Assembly (NCBI GenBank): GCA_039028615.1
Contig: JBCCHT010000011.1
Span: 1-64,000, forward strand
DNA: 64,000 bases
Direction of reading: 5' to 3'
Source: Myxococcota bacterium
GTDB taxonomy: Bacteria > Myxococcota_A > Polyangia > Nannocystales > Nannocystaceae
Shown: piece by piece, positions 39,691-49,133 of the stretch
Layout of the letters: each line of letters opens with the position of its first letter
Numbering within the stretch: the first letter of the stretch is position 1
Notes under the pieces: model-generated
The model's input: only the letters and a program-made list of their open reading frames with translations
What the model was told of the DNA's origin: nothing
Database searches by the model: none
Position numbers and translations under genes: made by a program

Positions 39691-40745
39691 GCCTCGACGC
39701 CGCGCTGCTGGCCGAGCTGGCCGCGCTCGCCCACGACGAGGGCCTGATGCGGCTGTCGGCGGTGCGGCTCGATCATCCCGGCTTCGTCCCCGCGCAGGCC
39801 GAGCTCGATCGCTTCCTCGACGAGGGGCGCCAGGGCGAGATGGACTTCCTCGCCCGCACCCGCGAGCTTCGCAAAGACCCCGCGCCGATGCTCCCGGGCG
39901 CAAAGACGGTGGTGATGGTCGCCGTGCCCTACCGCGGGCAGGCCGGGCCCGTCGCTCGCTATGCCCAGAGCGCCGACTATCACTCGGTCATGTTTCGGCG
40001 ACTCGACCGGCTCGCCACGCACCTGCAGGCGCGGCTCCCCGACGAGCAGAGCCTCGTGTGCGTGGACACCAAGCCTCTGCTCGAGCGGGCTGCCGCGGCG
40101 CTGGCTGGCCTCGGCTTCGTGGGCAAGCACGGCTGCGTGATCGTGCCCGGACTAGGCTCCTACGTGCTGCTCGGTGCCCTGCTCACCACCGCCGCCCTGA
40201 CCAAGCCCGACACTGTCACCGACCTGCACAAGGCCATGTGGGACGCGTGTGGGCAGTGCACGCGCTGCCTCGACGCCTGCCCCACCGATGCCTTCGACGC
40301 ACCCGGCCGCCTCGATCCGCGCCGCTGCATCTCGTACCTGACCATCGAGCACCGCGGGCCCATCGAGCCCGAGCTCGCCGACGCGATGGGCGAGCGCGTG
40401 GCCGGCTGCGACGTGTGCCAAGAGGTGTGCCCCTACAACGGCGGTCGCGAGCGTGATTCTCGAGTGCCCGAGGTCGCGTGGCTCGAGCCGCCCGTGGGTC
40501 CGCCGCGCGACGCCGAGCTGACCACCCTGGCCAACATCCGCAGCGCTCGCTACCGGGCCTTCGTCAAGGACACCGCGCTGCGACGGATCCCGCGTCGGGC
40601 CATGCGACGCAATGCACTGCTGGCGTTGGGCAACCGGCCGGGGCCGCTCGCCGACGAAGAACGCCAGGCGCTCGAGCACGCGGCGGCCGACGACGAGCCC
40701 CAAGTCAGCGCCGCCGCCAAGCGAGCCCTCGAGCGTCGGGGCTGA
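39687..40745 (+). CDS. queG: Epoxyqueuosine reductase
   Basis: ARYA..DYH, VDTKPLLER, CGQCTRCLDACPT, CISYLTIE, GCDVCQEVCPYN. Confidence 0.93.
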   Translation: MSLDAALLAELAALAHDEGLMRLSAVRLDHPGFVPAQAELDRFLDEGRQGEMDFLARTRELRKDPAPMLPGAKTVVMVAVPYRGQAGPVARYAQSADYHSVMFRRLDRLATHLQARLPDEQSLVCVDTKPLLERAAAALAGLGFVGKHGCVIVPGLGSYVLLGALLTTAALTKPDTVTDLHKAMWDACGQCTRCLDACPTDAFDAPGRLDPRRCISYLTIEHRGPIEPELADAMGERVAGCDVCQEVCPYNGGRERDSRVPEVAWLEPPVGPPRDAELTTLANIRSARYRAFVKDTALRRIPRRAMRRNALLALGNRPGPLADEERQALEHAAADDEPQVSAAAKRALERRG

Positions 40746-40889
40746 GCGATCGAGCCATCGGCATCGGTACGCTTCGTTCCCCCGGAGCAGCCGGCCATCG
40801 CCTCGAAAAAAGGACGACCGAAAGTACATCTCGCAGTGCTGGATTCCGACGCGCGTGGACACGTAGTGGGCGCCCCCCCATTCCACGCC

Positions 40890-41414
40890 ATGCACTACGA
40901 TTCCACGCTCGCCAACCTCAGCGTCTTGCTCACCCTCACCCCGCTCGTCGTCGGCTGTGGCTCGGACGACGACACCGAGGACTCCCCCGCCAGCGTCGTC
41001 CAGTCCGAGACCGAGGGCGCGAGCGAGACCTGGGCCGAAGCCGGCTCCGAGACGGGAGACGCCGCCGACGACACGACCGGCTCGGGCGAAGAAGTCGGCG
41101 ACGACGACCCGCTGCCCGCCACCACCACGGGCAGCAGCTGCGAGTCTCCCTTCGAATTCGAGAAGGTCGACCCGGTGTGCACCACCCTCGCGGAAGCAAT
41201 CAACGGGTGCGATGTCTCGCTGTGGGACTGCCCCGACGCCGCGGCCGATTATTGCGAATACACGCTCCGATACACCTATAGCTACGGCCCCGAGTGTTCC
41301 GAGGCGTACCACGATCTGTTCGCGTGCATGTCCGCGCTCGACTGCGCCGGACTCAACGAGCCCCTGCCCTGCGCCGCCGAGATGTCGTACGTCGAGTCCG
41401 CCTGTGAGTGGTAG
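40890..41414 (+). CDS. Cys-rich acidic lipoprotein
   Basis: Lipobox VVGC; multiple Cys in the C-terminal half. Confidence 0.75.
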   Translation: MHYDSTLANLSVLLTLTPLVVGCGSDDDTEDSPASVVQSETEGASETWAEAGSETGDAADDTTGSGEEVGDDDPLPATTTGSSCESPFEFEKVDPVCTTLAEAINGCDVSLWDCPDAAADYCEYTLRYTYSYGPECSEAYHDLFACMSALDCAGLNEPLPCAAEMSYVESACEW

Positions 41415-41455
41415 CGAAGTCGGCGTCGTCCCGCGACACGGGGTAGGATGGTCGG

Positions 41456-42514
41456 GTGTTGCGACCGTTCCTGCCCGGTGTTCTCGGCCTGACCTTGGCC
41501 TTCGGCTGCGCGTCCATCGAGCGGCATCTGTCTCGAGACGAGTACGGCCAGGCGTGCCTGTCGATGGCCGAGCAATACGAGGACGACGAGTACGTCAGCG
41601 TGAAGCAGGCCATCGGCTCCCAGCTCGACGTGCGCTGGACGATGCAGGCGGTGCCTCCGAACGAAGCCACGGAAGAGTACCGAATGCCGGTCGTCAACGG
41701 CCCGCACGGCGTGCTCGCGCGGGTGCGAGTCGAAGTCCGGGCCCTCCCCGCGGGCGCCCGTGGGCTGACCGTGCATACCCCCACGCTGGCGAGCAAGGGC
41801 GAGCTTCAGCCCGACCCCGGATGGCTCGATCACCCACTTCGCGACGCCTTCTTCCCCGCGCCCGCCGAGCTGGTGATGGTGGACGTCCCGCCACCCTACG
41901 AACGCAAGGCCTTCGACCCCGGCGAGCCCGCGCCTCGTCTGAAGTACGTGAAAGGTTCGAGCCGCGAGCCCGCCCCCAACCGGGCCCTCCGCGATGCGGT
42001 CAGGCTGATGACGCTGGGCCTGGTCAAGCAGCCGCGGTCCGGGCCGCGCCTCACCGACGCCTCGCGACGCGAGCTGCAGCGCTGGCAAAAACGCCACGAC
42101 GCCGAGTTCCAAGCGTGGCGGACCCGGGAGGACGAGGCGGCGAGGCAGTCGCACATCGCTCGTGAGACCGCAATGCAGCGCAACGAGTGGGTGACGGGGC
42201 ATCTGTACCAATGGGAGCAAGACCGCAATCGAGTGTGGAAGCAGCTGCTGACCTGGCCCTGCGCCATGAACCAGCTGGAGGTCGGTGGACACTGCGAGGG
42301 GGTCGTGCTGATGCCCGCCGCGGCGGCGCCCCTGAAGCTGCGCTTCATGTCGACCATGGCCTTCGCCGTCGAAGAGGACGGCTGCGATCTCACCGTCTCG
42401 GGCGATAGCCCCGAAGTGGACACGCTCGAGGCCGTGCTGGCTCCCTTCGACGGCTCGGCCTCGCAGACGGACGTCGCCCCGCTGGACTACGTGGGCAGCT
42501 ATCCGTGGATCTAG
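41456..42514 (+). CDS. Hypothetical lipoprotein
   Basis: Lipobox AFGC; 352-aa ORF. Confidence 0.7.
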   Translation: MLRPFLPGVLGLTLAFGCASIERHLSRDEYGQACLSMAEQYEDDEYVSVKQAIGSQLDVRWTMQAVPPNEATEEYRMPVVNGPHGVLARVRVEVRALPAGARGLTVHTPTLASKGELQPDPGWLDHPLRDAFFPAPAELVMVDVPPPYERKAFDPGEPAPRLKYVKGSSREPAPNRALRDAVRLMTLGLVKQPRSGPRLTDASRRELQRWQKRHDAEFQAWRTREDEAARQSHIARETAMQRNEWVTGHLYQWEQDRNRVWKQLLTWPCAMNQLEVGGHCEGVVLMPAAAAPLKLRFMSTMAFAVEEDGCDLTVSGDSPEVDTLEAVLAPFDGSASQTDVAPLDYVGSYPWI

Positions 42515-43149
42515 GCGCCAGGCGGTGACTCGGCGGCCGCGTCCGCGGGGGGCTCGCTCTCCGGTTCGACGGGCTCGGGTGCCTCGGGCTCGGGCTCGTC
42601 GGGCAAGTGCACCACCACGACGTCGAGCCCCGCGGTGTCGACGGGAAAGGGCTGCTCCATCGAGAAGAACGAGCCCTTCACCACGAACTCGGTCTCCACG
42701 GTGGCGAGCTGCGGCTGCAACCACTCGAGCCGCAGCTCCATCGGCACCACGACCCGCGGCGACGGCTTCTCGGGCGTCGGGATCGACATCGAGAGCCCAA
42801 AGTGACGCTCACCACCCGGCCGCAACGCAACGTTGCGATGGCCGGATTCCTTCATCTCGCTGCCCTGCAGCGACCACAGCGACGCCCGCACCACGCTCGG
42901 AATGTCCTCCCCCTCGGCGCTCATCCGCACCGTAGCCTCTACATGCGCGGTGACCTCGTAGGCCGCGTTCAGAGGGACATCCACCGTGAAGCGTCCGGAG
43001 GCGGCCGGGCGTTCGGCCGTGACCGACAGCGACCGCGGCTCCTCCGTGTTCGGGGACTCGAAGCCAGACCCCTTCGGGCGGCTCGTCGCGACCGAGGCCG
43101 CGCCCGCGAGAAACACGGCCACCATGGTGGGCCAACGCCGGTTGGCCAT
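42511..43149 (-). CDS. Secreted hypothetical protein
   Basis: MANRRWPT signal-like N-terminus ending AASVATS; TAATG coupling to the upstream gene. Confidence 0.7.
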   Translation of the reverse strand: MANRRWPTMVAVFLAGAASVATSRPKGSGFESPNTEEPRSLSVTAERPAASGRFTVDVPLNAAYEVTAHVEATVRMSAEGEDIPSVVRASLWSLQGSEMKESGHRNVALRPGGERHFGLSMSIPTPEKPSPRVVVPMELRLEWLQPQLATVETEFVVKGSFFSMEQPFPVDTAGLDVVVVHLPDEPEPEAPEPVEPESEPPADAAAESPPGA

Positions 43150-44177
43150 TACTCGGTTTCGACCCATTGCAGTTCCTCTCCGACCATGAAGGCCTCGCTC
43201 TCGGAGATCTCTCCGTAGGTGATGGAGAGCGACAATTGGATGCCAGCATCGAGGCGACCGACGGTGCCGTGGTGCCATTCGTTCTCGATCACTAGCTCGC
43301 CTTCGCAGCGCGTGGTGGTGCAGTGGTCGTTCGACAGATCGAACGAAAAACTGGAACTCCACTCCGGGCGGCTGGCATCGATGACCACGTCCTCCCAGGG
43401 GCTGGGCTCCCCCGGGCCTTCCCAGCGCACACGACTCGAGACGATGCTCGGGCCCTCGCTCGATGCCCCTTCGGCCAGGGTCAGGTCCAGGTAGACGTGG
43501 AGCTCCAGCGTCGCGTCCGGGAGCTGTCGCCGCCGCACGTCGAAGCGCTTGCGCAGGCTCTCGTCGGTCAGATCGATGTGAAGCCGGGAGGAGGTCACCG
43601 TGCCCATCTCGACCGACGTGAACTTGCTCTTCCATTCGTCCGCATTCCCACCGCATCCCGAGGCGAACACGGCCACGGCGGCCAAGGCGAGGCTCCCCGA
43701 TCTCTGACGCCGGTCGCCCTTGGGCGAGGCGAGCAACCACGGGACGAGCAGAGCGGGGAGCGCGAGAAGATCGGTCGAGTCCATGGTGTGAGCAACCGGC
43801 TGGGGGAAGCGCGCTCCGTCGAGCAGCGCGAGCACGGGCCACTGCAACCAGCCGAGCCCGTGGCGGTACATCTCGGCCGCCTCGGGCAGCACTTGGATGG
43901 CGCCAAAGACCAGACCCGTGAGACCCACGCAGCCGAGCCGCGCGGCGGAGCTGCGGGCGAACCGGGTCGCGCCGAGAAGCTGGAGCATGGCCAGCAGCAG
44001 TAAGGGGAAGAACACCAGCCCGGCGACGTCGGAGAGCTTGCCCGTCACGACGCCCGGCCAAGCTTCCTTGAGCCAATGGTCATTGATCGCCAGGACCGCA
44101 ACGGCCGCCAGCGCCACCGGGTGCAGCAACGGGACCGGCGGGGCGGATGGCGTCGTCTCGGGTTCGTCGTCGTTCAC
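43149..44177 (-). CDS. Membrane protein (NDH.LK/GKLSD.AGL motif) fused to an exported domain via an internal lipobox-like segment
   Basis: 'AINDHWLK...VTGKLSDVAGL', 'DSTDLLALP', then 'LALAAVAVFASGC'. Confidence 0.75.
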   Translation of the reverse strand: MNDDEPETTPSAPPVPLLHPVALAAVAVLAINDHWLKEAWPGVVTGKLSDVAGLVFFPLLLLAMLQLLGATRFARSSAARLGCVGLTGLVFGAIQVLPEAAEMYRHGLGWLQWPVLALLDGARFPQPVAHTMDSTDLLALPALLVPWLLASPKGDRRQRSGSLALAAVAVFASGCGGNADEWKSKFTSVEMGTVTSSRLHIDLTDESLRKRFDVRRRQLPDATLELHVYLDLTLAEGASSEGPSIVSSRVRWEGPGEPSPWEDVVIDASRPEWSSSFSFDLSNDHCTTTRCEGELVIENEWHHGTVGRLDAGIQLSLSITYGEISESEAFMVGEELQWVETE

Positions 44178-44242
44178 GCGGCCTCGGCCGCTCGCGTCCG
44201 AGCAGCGGCGACCGAACGCACCCCGCGGCGACGGCATTACAG

Positions 44243-44785
44243 TCATTGTCGCGACGACTCACCGACCGTGACTGCATCCAGGATCTGGGCCGCCGTCGCC
44301 TCTTGCAGATCGTTGTGCGCCACGCCCACGGTCACGAACCGCCCCTCCCACTCGAACTCGAGCTGACGATGCATCGCGCCGGACGGCCATTCGTCGAACC
44401 GGTAGGTCAAATCTCGCGCCTCCACGCCCGCGGGCGCGATCACGACGGTGCGGTCCGCGAGCACCTCGGCGTCATCGAAGTTCTCGCGCTCGGGGGCGAT
44501 GGTGACCGCGACCCCGACCCCGAGCTCCCCGGGGAGCTCCATCTCTTGTTGGGCCATCCACACCGTCCCCACCGCGGAGGCGGGGGGTAGCTCGGTGCTG
44601 CGCTCGGCCGTGATTCCCCAGGACACGGGCAGCATGACCGTCAGCTCGATCGTCTCGTGCACGAAGGCCGGCGCCATGTCCTCGACGGGTGCCGCGACGG
44701 GGCCGCTCGCTCGGGTGCCCGCGCACGCCAGGGGCATCGCCGCGAGCAACGAAAGGACGACCAAAGACGTGATTCGCGAGACCAT
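44243..44785 (-). CDS. Hypothetical lipoprotein
   Basis: Lipobox MPLAC. Confidence 0.72.
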   Translation of the reverse strand: MVSRITSLVVLSLLAAMPLACAGTRASGPVAAPVEDMAPAFVHETIELTVMLPVSWGITAERSTELPPASAVGTVWMAQQEMELPGELGVGVAVTIAPERENFDDAEVLADRTVVIAPAGVEARDLTYRFDEWPSGAMHRQLEFEWEGRFVTVGVAHNDLQEATAAQILDAVTVGESSRQ

Positions 44786-44838
44786 GAGCGCTCCTGAACG
44801 TGCGTGAACCGAGGATGATTCCCAACCCCGCGACGCCG

Positions 44839-45318
44839 TCAGTCTCCCCCGCGGCGCACGATGTTGTAGACCGCTTGCCCCGTCGCCACCGGGTCGTCGA
44901 CCTCCCCTTCGGCGGGCATGGCTCCCGCGTACACGGACATCCGGGCCACGCCCACGCGGTTGCCCATGCGCACGACCTCGCCGCGACACCACAGGTCCTC
45001 GGGCGGCCCGGGGCGCAGATAGTCGACGCGCAGGTCCACCGTGCTCAGCCGGTCTTGCTCGCGCCCGAGCGAGGCGAAGCACGCGGCACCGCCCGCCGTG
45101 TCGACCAGGGTCGACAGCACACCCCCGTGCACGGCCGGCCGAAAGATGTCGCCCACCAGCTCGTCGCGCCAGGGCACGTGGATGATGCACAGGCCGCGCT
45201 CGACCCGGTCCATACGCATGCCGAGGTACCGATTGAACGGGATCCCGTTCTCGAACCACTCCCGCAGGCGACGGGTGCGATCGGGATCGAGCGGAGGAAG
45301 CTTGGACATCGGCGGCAT
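44839..45318 (-). CDS. PaaI-family thioesterase
   Basis: HGGVLSTLVDTAGG, STVDLRVDYLRPG. Confidence 0.9.
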   Translation of the reverse strand: MPPMSKLPPLDPDRTRRLREWFENGIPFNRYLGMRMDRVERGLCIIHVPWRDELVGDIFRPAVHGGVLSTLVDTAGGAACFASLGREQDRLSTVDLRVDYLRPGPPEDLWCRGEVVRMGNRVGVARMSVYAGAMPAEGEVDDPVATGQAVYNIVRRGGD

Positions 45319-45339
45319 CGTAGCAGCCCCCGGCCAGCG

Positions 45340-47082
45340 CTACTTCGCGGGAGCAAAGCGCATCAAACCGCCCACGGGACGCGTGTCGACGGACAGCGAG
45401 TGCAGCAGCGCCAGCTGGGTCACGTACAGCGAGAGGTCTGGGCCCACCGTCACCGTGGACGTGCTGTCGTCGGTGATCGGGGCGCTGAAGACGAGCTCAC
45501 CCGTCTGGCGATCGACCACCGCGACCTCGCTGTCGGCAGTGCTGGGCAGCACGACCCCCAGCACCTCTTCCTTCGAGGGCGTCATGACGGTGGTGGTGCC
45601 CACGACGGAGTCCGTGGTCAGGGTGAGCACGCTGCTCCACTGGCGATCGCCCGGCAGCAAGACCTCGAGATCGGGCGCGCCCGCGCCCTGGTAGCGCACG
45701 AGGTCGGGCGTGGTGGTGTCGAAGAGCGCGGCCAGCTGCACCTCGAAGTGCCAGCTCTGGCCGTCCTCGTAGATCGGCGTGGCTCCCAGCGCGGGACCGC
45801 TCAGCAAGGGCAAGGCATAGGCCTCGGCACACATGAAGGGCGCCTCGTTGGCGTCGGTATTGGCGTCGCACGCCACGGTATCGATGACGCGGCTGTTGGC
45901 ATCGACGCTCGTCGGGTCGATGAACCCGGCCGTGCTGTTGCCATCACTGACCTTGAGCCAGCGACCATCGGCGCTGAGCGACGGGCTCGAGGCACTGCTG
46001 GCACTGAGCTCGGTCCACCAGCCCGGGTTGAGCTCGACCACGCCGTCTTCGATGCCGATCTGCACCTCCACCTTCATCAGCGCGCCGTGCTGCTCGTCGG
46101 GGCCGCCGCCCACCACGTAGATCGTGCCGTCGGGGGCGATGGCGATGGTGTTGTCGCTGAAGTTGCCGCTCGCGCCCGCGAACTTGGCCAGGCCGCCGCC
46201 CGAGTCGGGGCCAAACAGCGCAAGGAAATCGTCTTGCACCACCTGGGGCAGCGACGCGACGAGGTCGATGCCCAGGCTGCTGGCCGCGACGAAGCCGTAG
46301 GCGGCGGGAAGATCGAGCTGAGCGAGCACCGCTCCGTCCGCCCGATCGATGATGAGCACCAGGCCCGCGTCGGTCACCGTGGCCACGTGCCCCTCGGGGG
46401 TGAAGTGCACCCCGGTCGCGCTGGCCTCCTCGCCCTCCTCCACCAGGCTCGAGCTCGGCACCGCACGCTCCCAGCGACGCTGGCCATCGGGGCTCCACGA
46501 CACCACCAGGCCGCGGCCGGTCGTGTACAGGTTGCCGTCGAGATCGACCTCGATCGTCGAGGACCGGGCGTCGGCCAGCACATCGCACCACTGCTCGCTG
46601 CCATCGGACACCGCCAGCGCGAACACGGTGCAATCCCCTTCGGAGGGCGCGCTGGTCGTCACATAGGTCGTCTCGCCATCGGGGCTATAGGTATTGGGCT
46701 GTGCGATGCCCCGCCCCTGCAGCGCGTGCCAGGCCAGGGTCCAGTCGTCGGGCAGCTCGCAAGGCACGAGGTCGTTGTTCAGGGGGCCACTATGAACACC
46801 CGCGTAGGGTGAGCCCGGCGGATAGGGGAAGGGCCGCTCCACGAAACACGCGAAATCCGGGGGCTCGTCGCCCGCGGTGCCGCTCGAATCCACCGCGTCC
46901 CCGGTGGAGGTTTCGCCGATCCCGGTCGAGCCTGCGGAGGCCACCGCCGTCTCGCCGGCCGAAGAGTCGCCACAACCGCCGAGGATCACCGCCGCGAGGC
47001 CGGCGAGCACCCCTCCAATGCGCAAATTCAGGCCATGGAACACGACAAAGAGCCTACCAGACGGGTTGCGAAAAAGGCGCAC
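45340..47082 (-). CDS. PQQ-like beta-propeller lipoprotein
   Basis: Lipobox ILGGC; 'DGSEQW', 'DGQRRW', 'DGTIYV' blades. True start may be 40-60 nt downstream. Confidence 0.8.
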   Translation of the reverse strand: MRLFRNPSGRLFVVFHGLNLRIGGVLAGLAAVILGGCGDSSAGETAVASAGSTGIGETSTGDAVDSSGTAGDEPPDFACFVERPFPYPPGSPYAGVHSGPLNNDLVPCELPDDWTLAWHALQGRGIAQPNTYSPDGETTYVTTSAPSEGDCTVFALAVSDGSEQWCDVLADARSSTIEVDLDGNLYTTGRGLVVSWSPDGQRRWERAVPSSSLVEEGEEASATGVHFTPEGHVATVTDAGLVLIIDRADGAVLAQLDLPAAYGFVAASSLGIDLVASLPQVVQDDFLALFGPDSGGGLAKFAGASGNFSDNTIAIAPDGTIYVVGGGPDEQHGALMKVEVQIGIEDGVVELNPGWWTELSASSASSPSLSADGRWLKVSDGNSTAGFIDPTSVDANSRVIDTVACDANTDANEAPFMCAEAYALPLLSGPALGATPIYEDGQSWHFEVQLAALFDTTTPDLVRYQGAGAPDLEVLLPGDRQWSSVLTLTTDSVVGTTTVMTPSKEEVLGVVLPSTADSEVAVVDRQTGELVFSAPITDDSTSTVTVGPDLSLYVTQLALLHSLSVDTRPVGGLMRFAPAK

Positions 47083-47208
47083 GTTCGCGGTGAGGCGGGC
47101 TCCGTGGGAACCTGGGCTCCGCGTCGTCCGTGATCTGCTTTCGTGCTGGCAAGGTCCATCTCCGTTGCTCTCGATGCACCCGCGCTACACTCGGACCGCG
47201 TTCGCCTC

Positions 47209-47595
47209 ATGAGCGAGTCGCTTCCCGATGCTCCCCCTTTCATCTCGAGGTACCGCTGGCGCTCGCGCCTCGGTACCGCGCTGACGATCGCGATCCTCAG
47301 CACGACCTCGGGCATCGTCTGGTACGGGTTCATTCGCGCCCCGAGCCCGCGCAGCACCTGCGACCACGTGTCCGACCTGCGCCGCAGCTTCCCGCAGGAC
47401 TCGCACCGCCTCGACGAAGCGATCACGCCGCTGGCCGCCGACAACGGCCCCAGCATGGCCAGCACCTCCAGCGATCAGCGCTGCACCTGGTACTTCACCA
47501 CGCAGCAAAAAGAGCTGAGCTACATGGCCTACGGCACGCTCACCCGCTGCGTGACCGGGGCCGAGACCCCGACCGAGCTGCTGACCTGCCTGTAG
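47209..47595 (+). CDS. Small membrane-anchored Cys-containing protein
   Basis: One TM, then four Cys (CDHV...C...C...C). Confidence 0.7.
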   Translation: MSESLPDAPPFISRYRWRSRLGTALTIAILSTTSGIVWYGFIRAPSPRSTCDHVSDLRRSFPQDSHRLDEAITPLAADNGPSMASTSSDQRCTWYFTTQQKELSYMAYGTLTRCVTGAETPTELLTCL

Positions 47596-47604
47596 CGCCC
47601 CGCC

Positions 47605-48279
47605 CTACTCGGCCGTCCCGAAGAGTCGGTCGAAGATCGGGGTGAGCGAGGCGTAGTTGCCCCCCTTCATGCTGGTGTGGTGCACGTCGTGCTTACGCGC
47701 CAAGAAGCTCACCGCACGGAAGGGGAAGAAGGGCAGGTCGAGGCCGCTGTGCACCAGGATGTTGAGAGCCGAGTGCACGCCCAAGACCGCGACGAAGGTC
47801 ACCGGGTGCAGCGGGCCGATGGCCGCGATGCAGCTGAACAACAAGGCCAGCCCCAAGAAGTTCTCCAGCGGGTGCAGGTACAGGCTGTCGACCGCGTGGG
47901 GGTGACGGACGTGGTGGTGCACCACGTGGACCTTTCGCAGCAGCGTCCACTCGTGGAACGCGAAGCGGTGCAGCAGGTAGTAGAAGAAGTCGTAGACCCC
48001 CAGCACCAGCAGGCCCTGCACCAGCCGCCATGGCCACGAATGCGCGGCATTGCTGATGAGCCAGCCCTGCGCCCCGTAGGTGAAGGCGAAGACGAGCCCG
48101 CCCGAGAACACCATGTTGCCCAGCACGCGGCGATACAGCCGGGCCCCGCGGAGCTTGCGATTGGGCTCGGGATGGATCCGCGCCGCCGCCAGGGCATCCC
48201 AGTGGTAGGCGAGCTTGGTCACGGCCATGAGCACGCCCGAGAGCAAGAGCACCACGATCAACATCCAGTGAAGAGGCAT
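47605..48279 (-). CDS. Sterol desaturase / fatty acid hydroxylase family protein
   Basis: His boxes HRFAFH, HVVHH, HSG, HDVHH; GNY...FDRLFGT. Confidence 0.92.
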   Translation of the reverse strand: MPLHWMLIVVLLLSGVLMAVTKLAYHWDALAAARIHPEPNRKLRGARLYRRVLGNMVFSGGLVFAFTYGAQGWLISNAAHSWPWRLVQGLLVLGVYDFFYYLLHRFAFHEWTLLRKVHVVHHHVRHPHAVDSLYLHPLENFLGLALLFSCIAAIGPLHPVTFVAVLGVHSALNILVHSGLDLPFFPFRAVSFLARKHDVHHTSMKGGNYASLTPIFDRLFGTAE

Positions 48280-48559
48280 GGCGAGTGCGGTGATTCGGAC
48301 CCTACCAGGGCTTGGCGGCCCGAAAACGGCTTTTGACGTGACGCGCACCACGGTGCTCGACCGGCGTCGTTGCGAAGGCCGGTGAAACACCGTAGGTGAC
48401 CGGCCACGCCCGAAGGCACCAAGCGTTCCGCGAGCATCGGCGAGCCCACCCCGCGCCGCTTCGATTTGCGCCCGTCCACCGCTCGCTTTTCGACCGATCC
48501 GAGCTGACGCACAAAGGCTCGAATGGCGAGGTCACGAGGGATCTGGTATCGCCTATTTC

Positions 48560-48979
48560 ATGCTGCGCATGGACATCGGGGCCCTCGATCAGTTTCTCGA
48601 TGAAGCGTTCCCGCAAGCACGAACTTCGGGCTTCGAGATCGACACCCTGGACGAAGAGCACATCGTCCTACGGCTCCCTGCCGGCAAACAGCACCTGCGT
48701 CCGGGCGGCACCGTCAACGGCCCCGTCATCATGATGCTGGCCGACCTGGCCACCTACCTGCTGGTCCTCGCTCACCTGGGCCCCGTGGCGCTCGCCGTGA
48801 CCACGAGCCTCAACATCAACTTCATGCGCAAGCCCAAGCCGGGCGAGCTGCTGGCCGAGGGGCGCCTGCTCAAGATGGGCAAGCGCATCGTGGTGGCCGA
48901 CGTCCGCATCAGCGGCGCGAGCACGAAGAAGATGTACGCCCAGGCCACCGTGACCTACTCGCTGCCGCCGGAGCGTTGA
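48560..48979 (+). CDS. PaaI-family thioesterase
   Basis: HLRPGGTVNGP..MMLAD, AVTTSLNINFMRK. Confidence 0.9.
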   Translation: MLRMDIGALDQFLDEAFPQARTSGFEIDTLDEEHIVLRLPAGKQHLRPGGTVNGPVIMMLADLATYLLVLAHLGPVALAVTTSLNINFMRKPKPGELLAEGRLLKMGKRIVVADVRISGASTKKMYAQATVTYSLPPER

Positions 48980-49133
48980 GCCCCGGCGACCTCGGGCCCA
49001 CTCCTCGTGCCCACGACTCGCGCATGGTTCGGCGCAGCGGCACGCGCTGGTGCCCCGTGACGTGACGGCAAGAGTTCATCGTCCCGCGTCACGACCACGA
49101 ACGGCGGGCAACACGGCGTGCTAGCGTCGTTCG

